Below, in pieces: positions 27,814 through 35,810 of a DNA stretch of 64,000 bases. A model generated the notes under the pieces. The model was not told where the DNA came from and did no database searches. It saw only the letters and a list, made by a program, of their open reading frames with translations. A program made the translations under genes and the position numbers. The first letter of the stretch is position 1. Every line of letters starts with the position of its first letter. The stretch is from Candidatus Aenigmatarchaeota archaeon (lineage in GTDB: Archaea > Aenigmatarchaeota > Aenigmatarchaeia > JACPZZ01), in assembly GCA_016180965.1 (NCBI GenBank), contig JACPAF010000001.1:109860-173859 (forward strand). Direction: 5' to 3'.

Positions 27814-27911
27814 CTGAAACATACCGTTGAAAACTAAAGCATAGGTTGCTAGAAACATACCGATACAGTATACGGTATGTTTCAGTTTCCTCGATGCTTC
27901 TGGCTTTCCGG
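27814..27911. repeat. Palindromic repeat copy D (outer half-arm plus a 63-nt block nearly identical to copy B)
   Basis: 27849-27911 equals 16763-16825 except for two A/G substitutions and a reverse-complemented 10-nt spacer (ATACAGTATA versus TATACTGTAT). An extra left arm CTGAAACATACCG lies at 27814-27826. Confidence 0.85.
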
Positions 27912-27923
27912 GAGTGTTTCTAG

Positions 27924-28994
27924 TTATGTAGTTGCCAAAAGAGTCCTCACTTTCGGGGACAATTTGTAGACGAATCCCTTGCCGTGTTTCTCTCGCAGAA
28001 GGCAGTCTCCTTCCATTAATCTTCTTAGGATGTTGTTGACGGAGCGCGAGGCGTGGTCTTCGGTTTTGTAGTCTTCCAGCCCCATCTTTTCCGCTATTTC
28101 CGACGGGCTTAGCGGGCCCGAAATCGCGAGCAGCTTCAAAATTTCCTTCTGTTTTTCCGGCAGTGTTTCTATGAAATTGAGATTAACGGGCGCGGTTTCG
28201 GGTGGTTTGGTGCTTTCGGCTGTGGTTTTGTCAATAACCAGCGATTTACCCTTGTTTTCCGAGATCAGATCGTCACACATTTTCAACACGTTTCGCGGGA
28301 ACCCGCCGGTGCGTTCGTAAATCACGTCTATCGCTTCACGTGAAAACGGGCCTGTGCCTGTTCCGCCGGCAAATTCGATTCTTTTACGGATTAATTCCTC
28401 GACCTCTTCACGTGATAATGACGTTAACTCAACGTGAACTGTTACGCGGTTCAATAACGTCTCCAATTTCTGTTCCAGCATCGTTTCCAAACCGGGCAGG
28501 CCCGCCATTATCACGGACAAATTGTTTACCTGATCGGAAATTGTTCTCAACCACTCCAAAACGTCTGTCGGGGCTTCGTGGCATTCGTCGACGAGTATGA
28601 CCATTTTCTTGGTTTTCAATTTCCGATTAACGTAATTCGCCAAATCATAGAGCGTTATCTTATCCATCGACAAGATCCGCTCAAAAAAAGACGGCTTTAA
28701 AACAGACTTGAAAAGAATCACAAAATCTTCCGGCCTCTCCGGCGGTTTTGTAACGTACAAAACCGCGGTTCCGCTGTCCACGGTGTCTATGAGCTTCCTC
28801 AAAAGGGTGGTTTTCCCGGCACCTGTCGGGCCGATTAGCATTACTATCTTTTCGTTGTTCTCCATGGCATTGACCAAACTATTTAGCTCTTCAGAGTAGC
28901 CTACGAACAGCTGGGGCAATATCTTCAAGGAGAAGGGATTTTCCCGCCAGGCCGGTTTTTCAGCATTGTTTATAGCTATCTGGCCGCTTTCCAT
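27924..28994 (-). CDS. AAA+ ATPase (ExeA/AAA_22-like, Orc/Cdc6-related clade) with a C-terminal winged helix
   Basis: Start reassigned to MESGQ (ATG at 28994). Walker A GPTGAGKTT, Walker B VILVDECHE, GGFPRNVLKMCD, and C-terminal ILKLLAISGPLSPSEIAEKMG. The upstream 59 codons of the ORF track translate the repeat array. Confidence 0.8.
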   Translation of the reverse strand: MESGQIAINNAEKPAWRENPFSLKILPQLFVGYSEELNSLVNAMENNEKIVMLIGPTGAGKTTLLRKLIDTVDSGTAVLYVTKPPERPEDFVILFKSVLKPSFFERILSMDKITLYDLANYVNRKLKTKKMVILVDECHEAPTDVLEWLRTISDQVNNLSVIMAGLPGLETMLEQKLETLLNRVTVHVELTSLSREEVEELIRKRIEFAGGTGTGPFSREAIDVIYERTGGFPRNVLKMCDDLISENKGKSLVIDKTTAESTKPPETAPVNLNFIETLPEKQKEILKLLAISGPLSPSEIAEKMGLEDYKTEDHASRSVNNILRRLMEGDCLLREKHGKGFVYKLSPKVRTLLATT

Positions 28995-28997
28995 ATT

Positions 28998-29241
28998 CTT
29001 CACGTTAAGTAATATGACATTCACGTGAATATATAAACATACACGTGAAGTTGCGTGAAGATGCGTTACCTTTATATTTGAGTAACGTGAAGTTAACGTA
29101 TGGTAACGTGAACCAAATTTGAATAATTGGGCGATTCTAATGGCAAATAGGTGTTTTCTAGCGATAGACATAAATGATCACGTGAAGGTTAACGTGAAGG
29201 TAACGCAAGGTCACGTGAAGTATTGTGGAGGTGACGTGAAG
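28998..29241. promoter_or_regulatory. Phased array of CGTGAAG / TTCACGTGAA words (iteron or mini-ORB-like)
   Basis: Exact forward CGTGAAG at 29044, 29054, 29086, 29181, 29193, 29214 and 29235. CGTGAAC at 29107. Degenerate CGCAAGG at 29204. Palindrome ATTCACGTGAAT at 29019-29030. Reverse CTTCACG at 28998-29004. Spacings between neighbouring forward copies, excluding the 29054-29086 and 29107-29181 gaps, are 10, 21, 12, 11, 10 and 21 nt. Confidence 0.8.
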
Positions 29242-29709
29242 CTTGTTGAGCCCGAAAACCTTCATTTCACGGTCAAATTCCTAGGTAACCTGACTAATGA
29301 CCAAGTAAAGAGGGTTATTGACGCGCTAACCATCCTTCTAAAGAGTGAAACGTCTTCGAAAGTGAGTGTTCGCGGGATCGGTTTCTTCGGGCCTTCGAAT
29401 GCACCTAAGGTGATATGGGCAGGCATAGGGGACGGAAAACCCTATCTTGAAGGGCTTTTTGGCAGGATTTCTGGGGTTGTGAAGGGAATTTGCCCGAAAA
29501 ATGACGAGAAAGAGGGTATTCCACACATCACAATTGCACGTGTGAAGTCAATAAGGAATATAAACAAGCTCGAAGAAATAATACTAAAGGAAAGTGAGAC
29601 TTTCTTCGGGGAAACCCTGGTGGACGCGGTAAAACTGAAGGCTAGCGTGCTAACGCCGACTGGTCCAAGGTACTCCGATATTGCGGTTTTCCCTCTCAAG
29701 AAACCGTGA
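29140..29709 (+). CDS. RNA 2',3'-cyclic phosphodiesterase / 2'-5' RNA ligase (LigT/ThpR family)
   Basis: Start at MANRCFLAIDI. Two HxT/S motifs (LHFTVKFLG and PHITIARV). Confidence 0.8.
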   Translation: MANRCFLAIDINDHVKVNVKVTQGHVKYCGGDVKLVEPENLHFTVKFLGNLTNDQVKRVIDALTILLKSETSSKVSVRGIGFFGPSNAPKVIWAGIGDGKPYLEGLFGRISGVVKGICPKNDEKEGIPHITIARVKSIRNINKLEEIILKESETFFGETLVDAVKLKASVLTPTGPRYSDIAVFPLKKP

Positions 29710-29740
29710 TTTGTTCTAAATTTGAGATTTCTAGTCCAAT

Positions 29741-29777
29741 TGTCGATTTGTCGGTTGTTGTCGGATATCTTATGTCG
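29741..29777. promoter_or_regulatory. Four direct TGTCG half-sites in the ligT/dnaG convergent spacer
   Basis: TGTCG at 29741, 29749, 29759 and 29773, within CAATTGTCGATTTGTCGGTTGTTGTCGGATATCTTATGTCGA. It shares the AATTGTCG word with the 26785 palindrome. Confidence 0.45.
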
Positions 29778-29925
29778 ATTCTAAGGTTGTGTGAGGTGCC
29801 CAAATTGGGTAATTTCCGACACTGTGGTATGAAATACTCTACAGATAATAATACCACAGATGGCTTTGTCAAGCTTTTGAGAAGTTTTGGCGTCTCCTAA
29901 GAGATTTAGCGGTCTATAAATAGCT

Positions 29926-31245
29926 TTATTCCGCTTTTTTGCCCTGCAGCGCCCCTTTCGTTATTACGATTACGCTTGTTCTCGGCAATTTATCCCTCTC
30001 CGTACCAACGAGAAACTTTACGCCGTTGGACTCGGCTATTTCGACCAAATCCTTGGTTACGGTACCGTCAAGAACTATGGCGTGTGCATGTATGCCCGAC
30101 AGTGAACCGGCTATATCCTTGGCCGGAACACGGCCCAATAGGTTTAAGCTGTCATCGTAGATGCAAGCGGCTCTGGTACCTACTAATTCGCCCAACGATT
30201 CTTTGAAAATGTCCGCGTACTTCTTGGGTATTTTTATTGTGCGCCTTGGCTCGTCGCTATCGTACCTTTCTGTAGCAACCGGTCTGGGGGTGTATTCCTG
30301 CGGGGTTTCCTCAGTTGGTTGCTCTGTGCCGGCTGATTCTTCCCTTTCGACTACAGTTGGCGCTCTTTCGACATGCTCAACACGAGAACGTCCGTATTTA
30401 CCAAACGTGTCCTTGTTCTCTGATCTTAATTGATCCATGGATATTTTTTCGCGAATGGCCTTGTAGACCTCCTTTTTCGTCAGCTCTTCGACTTCTTTGC
30501 CTTCCGGGGCACGGGCCACATAGTCGACGTCCGTCAACTGTAAAAGCTGGGATAATATCAGATCGCCACCGCGATCCCCGTCCAAAAAGGCCGTAACTTC
30601 CTTCTCACGCACGATGTCGCGTATTTCTGGCGGTATTGATGTTCCGCCAACCGCGACTGCGTTTTTGATTCCGTTTCTTAGCAGGTTCAAAACGTCAGCG
30701 CGACCCTCGACCAAGATTATATCGTCGGCTTTCGCGGCATCCGGACCCGCAGGCAAATTACGGAATGTTGTTATTTCCGCTACGCGTATTTCCTGTTTTA
30801 TCTGTTCTGATAAAACCTCAGATTCCGGCAGAGACTGGTAAACCAATTCGCGTAAAATTTTCTTGGCAGTATCGATAATATATTTTCTTTTCGCTATTCG
30901 AACGTCTTCGACTTTGGTGATATGTATTACTGCATTGCACGGTCCGACACGTTCGATGGTTTCTATCGCCGCTGCGATTAACGCAGTTTCTGATGCGTCC
31001 AATGAAGATGGTATAGTTATTTTTCCGGAACATTTTCCGTGCGCTGCGGTGATGTAAACTTCGATGCGCCCTATCCTGCCGGTGCGCTGCAGCTCGCGCA
31101 GTTCCAGATCTGTTCCTAACAAACCTTCGGTCTGCCCGAAGACGGCGCCTATGATATCCGGTTTTTCAACTATTCCTTCTGCGTCTATTTGCGCCTCGAT
31201 TATGTATTTTGTAGTCGATTGTGGTAATTTTGCCATTTGAGTCAT
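29926..31245 (-). CDS. dnaG: Archaeal DnaG (Toprim) protein
   Basis: TKYIIEAQIDAEGIVEKPDIIGAVFGQTEGLLG, Toprim IILVEGRADVLNLL and FLDGDRGGDLI. Confidence 0.9.
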   Translation of the reverse strand: MTQMAKLPQSTTKYIIEAQIDAEGIVEKPDIIGAVFGQTEGLLGTDLELRELQRTGRIGRIEVYITAAHGKCSGKITIPSSLDASETALIAAAIETIERVGPCNAVIHITKVEDVRIAKRKYIIDTAKKILRELVYQSLPESEVLSEQIKQEIRVAEITTFRNLPAGPDAAKADDIILVEGRADVLNLLRNGIKNAVAVGGTSIPPEIRDIVREKEVTAFLDGDRGGDLILSQLLQLTDVDYVARAPEGKEVEELTKKEVYKAIREKISMDQLRSENKDTFGKYGRSRVEHVERAPTVVEREESAGTEQPTEETPQEYTPRPVATERYDSDEPRRTIKIPKKYADIFKESLGELVGTRAACIYDDSLNLLGRVPAKDIAGSLSGIHAHAIVLDGTVTKDLVEIAESNGVKFLVGTERDKLPRTSVIVITKGALQGKKAE

Positions 31246-31427
31246 TCCTCCATGATTTTTGGACAGATTTTACTGTTCAAAAGATTTACCCAGAAATGTT
31301 CATTGCAGCCTGTCACTAGCCTGGCCGTTCTGTGTTTGTTGTAAACGGCCAAATGATGATTATGAACGTTGTCTGTCTGTGTAAATCTAAGATCTTATGA
31401 TGCACTGGGTTTATAAGGGTTGCGGTG

Positions 31428-32084
31428 TTACGGTTTTTTACTATCTTCCGCCACAAAAGTGTAACTCGTGGGTCCGTCGGTCTGTTTTGTAGAAGATTTG
31501 AACGCATAACCGAGTGTAGACATATCGACCCGTTCGGCCAAAACTTTCGACCACCCTTCCATCTTATCCGACAATTTCGGCAACTCTGTCAACGGAACAA
31601 AGCTCCCTTCCAACCCTTCGTCAATTACTTTAACCTCGGCGTCAATTTCCAATCTGTAAACCACGCCGAAATGAACGCGGTTAACGGGTGTGTCAGAGAG
31701 CGATAAAAAACCGACGACCTGCGAAACCACATTACCGGAAAAATCTGTTTCTTCTTTTAACTCTCTCATCGCGGCATTGGACACGGTGTCCGTGCCTTGG
31801 TCAACAGGGTTAATGTGGCCGCCTATGCCGATCGATAGCATATCCTTTAAACGCAGTTCGCTGGGGTTTTTCCTTTTCACTGCTAGAATTTTGTCATTGT
31901 TGATAACCATACAATACGGAATGATTTGTTTTTTTGTTTCGTCAGTTTCAGCCTCGCTGCGGTTAACGAAATAACTTTTCGTTTCGATCATATCCAAAAT
32001 TTTTTTATCGAATTCTATTAAACCGGTTTTATTTCCGATTGTTGATTTAAGATCTTCCGTGTTAACAACTAAAACCTGTTCCAT
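31428..32084 (-). CDS. NUDIX-domain protein
   Basis: Nudix box GGHINPVD...NAAMRELKEETDF. The start ATG at 32084 shares its A with the upstream TGA (TGATG coupling). Confidence 0.7.
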   Translation of the reverse strand: MEQVLVVNTEDLKSTIGNKTGLIEFDKKILDMIETKSYFVNRSEAETDETKKQIIPYCMVINNDKILAVKRKNPSELRLKDMLSIGIGGHINPVDQGTDTVSNAAMRELKEETDFSGNVVSQVVGFLSLSDTPVNRVHFGVVYRLEIDAEVKVIDEGLEGSFVPLTELPKLSDKMEGWSKVLAERVDMSTLGYAFKSSTKQTDGPTSYTFVAEDSKKP

Positions 32085-32695
32085 CAGCTCATCCTCGACC
32101 AGTCTCTGAACCCGTCCCTTTTTTGGTTTGACGCCTTGTGTTCTTTCAAACAATTTTCGCATAGGAAATCGTTGTGGAATGATGTCAAGTTCATCGAATA
32201 ATTCCCGCAGTCGTCGCATATGCCTGCCATGTCGCCGACGCGTATGCGGGCCTCTCTTCGGGGTATTTCTTCTGCCCCGCTTCGCATTTTCAGGCGCTCC
32301 TCAAGAAGGTGTATCATCGCTGGTGATGCGCGAACTATGTCTGTGTGCGTGATGATGCCGACTATTTTTCCATTTTCCACCACAGGCAGCCGGCGCGTGC
32401 GGTTGGAAATCATTAAACTCGCAGCGTCGGTCACGTTTTGCAAAGGAGATACGAATATTATGGGGGCGCTCATTATTTGGCCAACGGTCATTTTTTCAGG
32501 ATTCTCGCCGAAGCTGACGACTTTTTTGATTATGTCCGACTCTGTCAATATGCCCACTGGTCTGTTAGAAGATGTTACGATCAAGCTGCCGACACGTTCC
32601 GATGTCATCTTCTCCGCAGCTTCGCGGATTGAAACACCGCTTTCTACAGAAACCACGGTTTCCGTCATTATGTCCTTTACCAGTATTTCGTCCAT
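32084..32695 (-). CDS. CBS-pair protein with a C-terminal zinc ribbon (paralog 1)
   Basis: Two CBS motifs (VKDIMT..., VGQIMS...) plus CDDCGNY...CENC. Confidence 0.8.
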   Translation of the reverse strand: MDEILVKDIMTETVVSVESGVSIREAAEKMTSERVGSLIVTSSNRPVGILTESDIIKKVVSFGENPEKMTVGQIMSAPIIFVSPLQNVTDAASLMISNRTRRLPVVENGKIVGIITHTDIVRASPAMIHLLEERLKMRSGAEEIPRREARIRVGDMAGICDDCGNYSMNLTSFHNDFLCENCLKEHKASNQKRDGFRDWSRMS

Positions 32696-32741
32696 AAGAA
32701 TTTTTGTAGAAACAATTTAATAAATTGGTTAATTAAACGGA

Positions 32742-33293
32742 TCATTCTGTTGTTTTTTCCTGGTTGCAATCCTCACACACCCATTCGTCGTCTACGGACG
32801 TTAAGCGCTCCGAGTAATTGTTACAGGACTCGCATAAACCCACACTGTGGCCGATTTCCAACTGAGGCTCGGATTCGCGCATCTTGGCGCGTTCAGATAA
32901 TATATCTATTAACGACGGCGCCACACGCACTATGTCCGTGTGGGTTAAAATCCCAACTATTTCGCCTTTACTGATCACGGGCATGCGTCGAATGCGACTA
33001 GTTATCATCTTTCTGGAAGCGTCATTTAAATTTTCTTCCGGGCTCAAAAATTTCAACGGCGACGCCATTATTTCCTTAACTTCGACATTGGCTGCGGACA
33101 GGTCACGACTAACCACGCCTTTGATGATGTCCGACTCCGTAATTATCCCCACGGGGTTCTTGCCGCGAATTACGATTAAACTACCGACGCGCCATTTCTT
33201 CATCAGTCCCGCGGCGTTTTGCACAGTTGAATTTTCGCCGATGGTTGCAATGCGGCGCGTCATTGCGTCCTTGACACGCATTTGTTCTGTCAT
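32742..33293 (-). CDS. CBS-pair protein with a C-terminal zinc ribbon (paralog 2)
   Basis: Same architecture (CESCNNY...CEDC). Start chosen at MTEQMRVKDAMT. Confidence 0.8.
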   Translation of the reverse strand: MTEQMRVKDAMTRRIATIGENSTVQNAAGLMKKWRVGSLIVIRGKNPVGIITESDIIKGVVSRDLSAANVEVKEIMASPLKFLSPEENLNDASRKMITSRIRRMPVISKGEIVGILTHTDIVRVAPSLIDILSERAKMRESEPQLEIGHSVGLCESCNNYSERLTSVDDEWVCEDCNQEKTTE

Positions 33294-33329
33294 ATTTTTA
33301 TCTGGTACGCACAAATAATAAAGCTGTTT

Positions 33330-33713
33330 ATGTACGCGAAAGGGTCGAATGCGGAAAGAGAATTCGCCGAATTAATGTGGCGCTGGGATTTTGCGGTTGT
33401 GCGCAGCGCCGGCTCTGGCAACCTAACCGCGGGCGCAAGATACTATTCGCCTGACATTATAGCTGCCAAAAAAGGGGCCATATTTGCGTTCGAATGTAAA
33501 TTCCGAAAAAATTATGTCAAATTAAGCGATGAGGATCTGCACGCATTGAAGGAGTGGTGCCGGCGCGCAAATTGCAAAGGATTTTTGGCATGGAAAATAT
33601 CCCGCAGGGGTTGGTGGCTGCTTGATATTGAACAACTAACTGGCGGTTTGAATGAAGAAAAAATGCAACGGGTCGCGTTATCGTTCAACGAATTTTTAAC
33701 TCGCTTTGCGTGA
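33330..33713 (+). CDS. hjc: Holliday junction resolvase Hjc
   Basis: KGSNAEREFAELM...VVRSAGSG...SPDIIAAKKGAIFAFECKF is the canonical Hjc E...PD...ExK arrangement. Confidence 0.85.
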   Translation: MYAKGSNAEREFAELMWRWDFAVVRSAGSGNLTAGARYYSPDIIAAKKGAIFAFECKFRKNYVKLSDEDLHALKEWCRRANCKGFLAWKISRRGWWLLDIEQLTGGLNEEKMQRVALSFNEFLTRFA

Positions 33714-33809
33714 AGCGGTTTATAAAACTACAACTTTCGGATTTTCGCCTGCCGACACCAGTTCAAAGTTATTAATACGGCCGTCGATGTTTTAACAACG
33801 GCGCATTTC

Positions 33810-33821
33810 GTCGATATCGAC
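33810..33821. promoter_or_regulatory. Perfect palindrome GTCGATATCGAC upstream of the XRE-type regulator gene
   Basis: 12-bp palindrome about 40 nt upstream of the ORF start. Related CGTCGAT/CGTCGG words flank it. Confidence 0.4.
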
Positions 33822-33858
33822 TACGTCGGTTTTATATGTTGGGGTTGTGTATTTTTAA

Positions 33859-34587
33859 TTGATTTTTGTGGATGAGTGGCAGCTGGCTAAAGAAAGTTTG
33901 GCGCGCAAGATAGCCGGCGAAATTGTTCTTTCCGAAGACGCTGGAAAAACTATACAAAAATGGAGAAACATTTTTAAGATACCGCAGCGGGTTTTGGCCG
34001 GCCACATAAAAATAACCCCGTCCGTTATCTCGGACTACGAATCCGGGCGAAGAAAATCTCCGGGCATACGCGTTGTAAAAAAGATGGTTGGTGCGATGAT
34101 ACTCATCGACGAGTCGGCCGGCGGGAAAGTGACGAGACAGTTCTCCGAAAACGCCGGGCAACTTCCGATTACGAAAGCTGTCATTGAGCTAAAAGAATTT
34201 GACAAGGGTGTGCGTGTAGACGAATTTTGCGAAGCCATGTCCGCAAGCATAGTTGCGGGCAAGGATTCGCCGCAGCAGGAAGTTTACGGGTATACGGTTA
34301 TCGATTCTTTGCGGGCGATATTAGAATTTTCTTATTCTGACCTTGTAAAGCTGTACGGCATAACTACGAAGCGCGCCCTAATTTTTACGAACACCTCGAC
34401 CGGTCGTTCTCCGATGGTTGCGATTAAAGTAACAAATTTGAGGCCGGCTTTAATCATCCTTCACGGGGCGCGCGAAGTTGATGAAATTGCGAAACGCATA
34501 GCCGACGTTGAGGGTATACCTCTTGCTGTTTCCAAATTAAACAGCGTCGAGGACGTTGTTGCGGCGTTAAAACAAAAATTTGGATGA
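33859..34587 (+). CDS. XRE-family HTH transcriptional regulator with a C-terminal domain
   Basis: IQKWRNIFKIPQRVLAGHIKITPSVISDYESGRRKSP is a Cro/C1-type HTH. Confidence 0.7.
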   Translation: MIFVDEWQLAKESLARKIAGEIVLSEDAGKTIQKWRNIFKIPQRVLAGHIKITPSVISDYESGRRKSPGIRVVKKMVGAMILIDESAGGKVTRQFSENAGQLPITKAVIELKEFDKGVRVDEFCEAMSASIVAGKDSPQQEVYGYTVIDSLRAILEFSYSDLVKLYGITTKRALIFTNTSTGRSPMVAIKVTNLRPALIILHGAREVDEIAKRIADVEGIPLAVSKLNSVEDVVAALKQKFG

Positions 34588-34597
34588 ATTGGTTTTT

Positions 34598-34924
34598 ATG
34601 ACGCACAGGGGTTACACGCTGCTGCGGTACGCCGTTGAGAGTATACCTAAATATTCTGGCCCACTCAAAAACGATTCTGAGGGTAAACATTTTTACAATG
34701 GGCCACATTTTTCTGTTCTAAAAGAGCCTGGTGTGCTGGGCGAACCCAGAGCGGCAAGGAGGAGCGAACTTGGAGATAATCACGGACTGGCGCCCCTCAC
34801 TCGGGTGTGGCCGATCGATTATAAAAAAGGAACCTCGGTTGTCAGAAAACTCAACGAAATACGCTGGAAAACTCCAGACTATGCAATTCAAAGATTGCGC
34901 GTGGATCTAGAAGATTTGAAATAA
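34598..34924 (+). CDS. Hypothetical protein (108 aa), low confidence
   Basis: It is the only long open frame in a 340-bp convergent spacer. The region is relatively GC-rich and contains several hairpins. Confidence 0.35.
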   Translation: MTHRGYTLLRYAVESIPKYSGPLKNDSEGKHFYNGPHFSVLKEPGVLGEPRAARRSELGDNHGLAPLTRVWPIDYKKGTSVVRKLNEIRWKTPDYAIQRLRVDLEDLK

Positions 34925-34927
34925 AAT

Positions 34928-35758
34928 TTAATACGATTCTATCGCCGCGGCGACAAATATCATTAAAATTGCGATTGTGAATAAAATTACTCCATCCTTG
35001 GCAACTTTTCTGAAACGTTCCGAATTTAATTTTTCCTTTTCTATTCCCGTCGATATTATTCCTCCGGCGAGACCGGCCACAAAATAACTCATTATTTCCG
35101 GTATTCCGTGAAGCGCTATGGATCCCGTGGCTGAAAAGAGGCCGAATAAAAAAGCCAGCGGACTGGCTACAACACCGTACCCGGCCAACGGCATTGCGCT
35201 GGCTTTCGCTAATATGCCGGCAAACACGGCGATTACTGACGCGTTCCAAGTAACAATAAACACGGCTGCGGCCCCGAACAACATTGAAACTGCAAAAGAA
35301 ATGAATGCGACGCGCAGGTTGTTGACCAATATAACGTTGAATGTGGAGGCGTCGAACGCGGCGCCGGTTGTCCGGTCACCGATGTGAGAACTCTTGAGCG
35401 CGGAAAGCTGAAAACTGAAAACGTCGTTTGCGTGAGCCTGGTCCATTGAAAAATAGGAGATTGATGTCGACAACAAAACACCCATAAAAAACCCGGAATA
35501 TATTTTAAGCATTTTCCCGTGGCGCTCCAAAAAATGCCCGCCGCCGGAAACGTCTATGGTCTCCTCGGCTTCAAAAATTTTGCTCATCAGCGGGAACGCT
35601 GCCGCGCTTACCAAAAACAACGCCACTAGCCCGGCTGCCGGTTCAAATATTATGCTAGCAACGACCAACGATACGGTGTTCACGAAAAAACCGAACGCGA
35701 ACACGCGACCCCAATGATTTTTTGACGATTCAAAATCCGTCAGGTTTTCCAGAACCAT
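34928..35758 (-). CDS. Polytopic membrane protein (SpoIIM/DUF95-like)
   Basis: About 6 TM helices. The family assignment is from overall pattern only. Confidence 0.55.
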   Translation of the reverse strand: MVLENLTDFESSKNHWGRVFAFGFFVNTVSLVVASIIFEPAAGLVALFLVSAAAFPLMSKIFEAEETIDVSGGGHFLERHGKMLKIYSGFFMGVLLSTSISYFSMDQAHANDVFSFQLSALKSSHIGDRTTGAAFDASTFNVILVNNLRVAFISFAVSMLFGAAAVFIVTWNASVIAVFAGILAKASAMPLAGYGVVASPLAFLFGLFSATGSIALHGIPEIMSYFVAGLAGGIISTGIEKEKLNSERFRKVAKDGVILFTIAILMIFVAAAIESY

Positions 35759-35810
35759 AGAACAAATATCGTTTACCCGGTTTTATTAGCTTGCTACCGG
35801 AAAATGTTTT

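Noticed and set aside
16763-27911. The 63-nt direct repeats next to tRNA-Gln as attL/attR of an 11-kb integrated element
   Set aside because: The interval contains core genes (pyrH, nadM, histone, rpa, radA) and no integrase. Additional copies of the repeat exist at 16619 and 17721. A dispersed repeat family fits better.
28995-29171. The 59-codon N-terminal extension of ORF 27924-29171
   Set aside because: It is a translation of the CGTGAAG repeat array (…THLHATSRVCLYIHVNV…). The AAA+ homology begins after the internal Met at 28994.
29706-29900. 64-aa ORF in the ligT/dnaG spacer
   Set aside because: It is a translation of the TGTCG direct-repeat cluster, with no start context or motif.
31340-31420. 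A possible C/D-box sRNA (AUGAUGA at about 31366 and UGAUGC at about 31399), plus the hairpin GGCCGTT...AACGGCC
   Set aside because: No CUGA D or D' boxes occur at the required spacing on either strand. Only the hairpin is solid, and it may simply be a 3'-end structure of the Nudix gene.
34588-34927. The GC-richer, hairpin-containing convergent spacer as SRP RNA or RNase P RNA
   Set aside because: No GGAA/AGCA helix-8 pattern could be folded (the GGCAAGGAGGAGCGAAC stretch lacks a closing stem). The UGUAAC-like word is on the wrong strand and at the wrong end. No GAGGAAAGUCC is present. A 109-codon open frame is improbable by chance, so I kept it as a low-confidence CDS.
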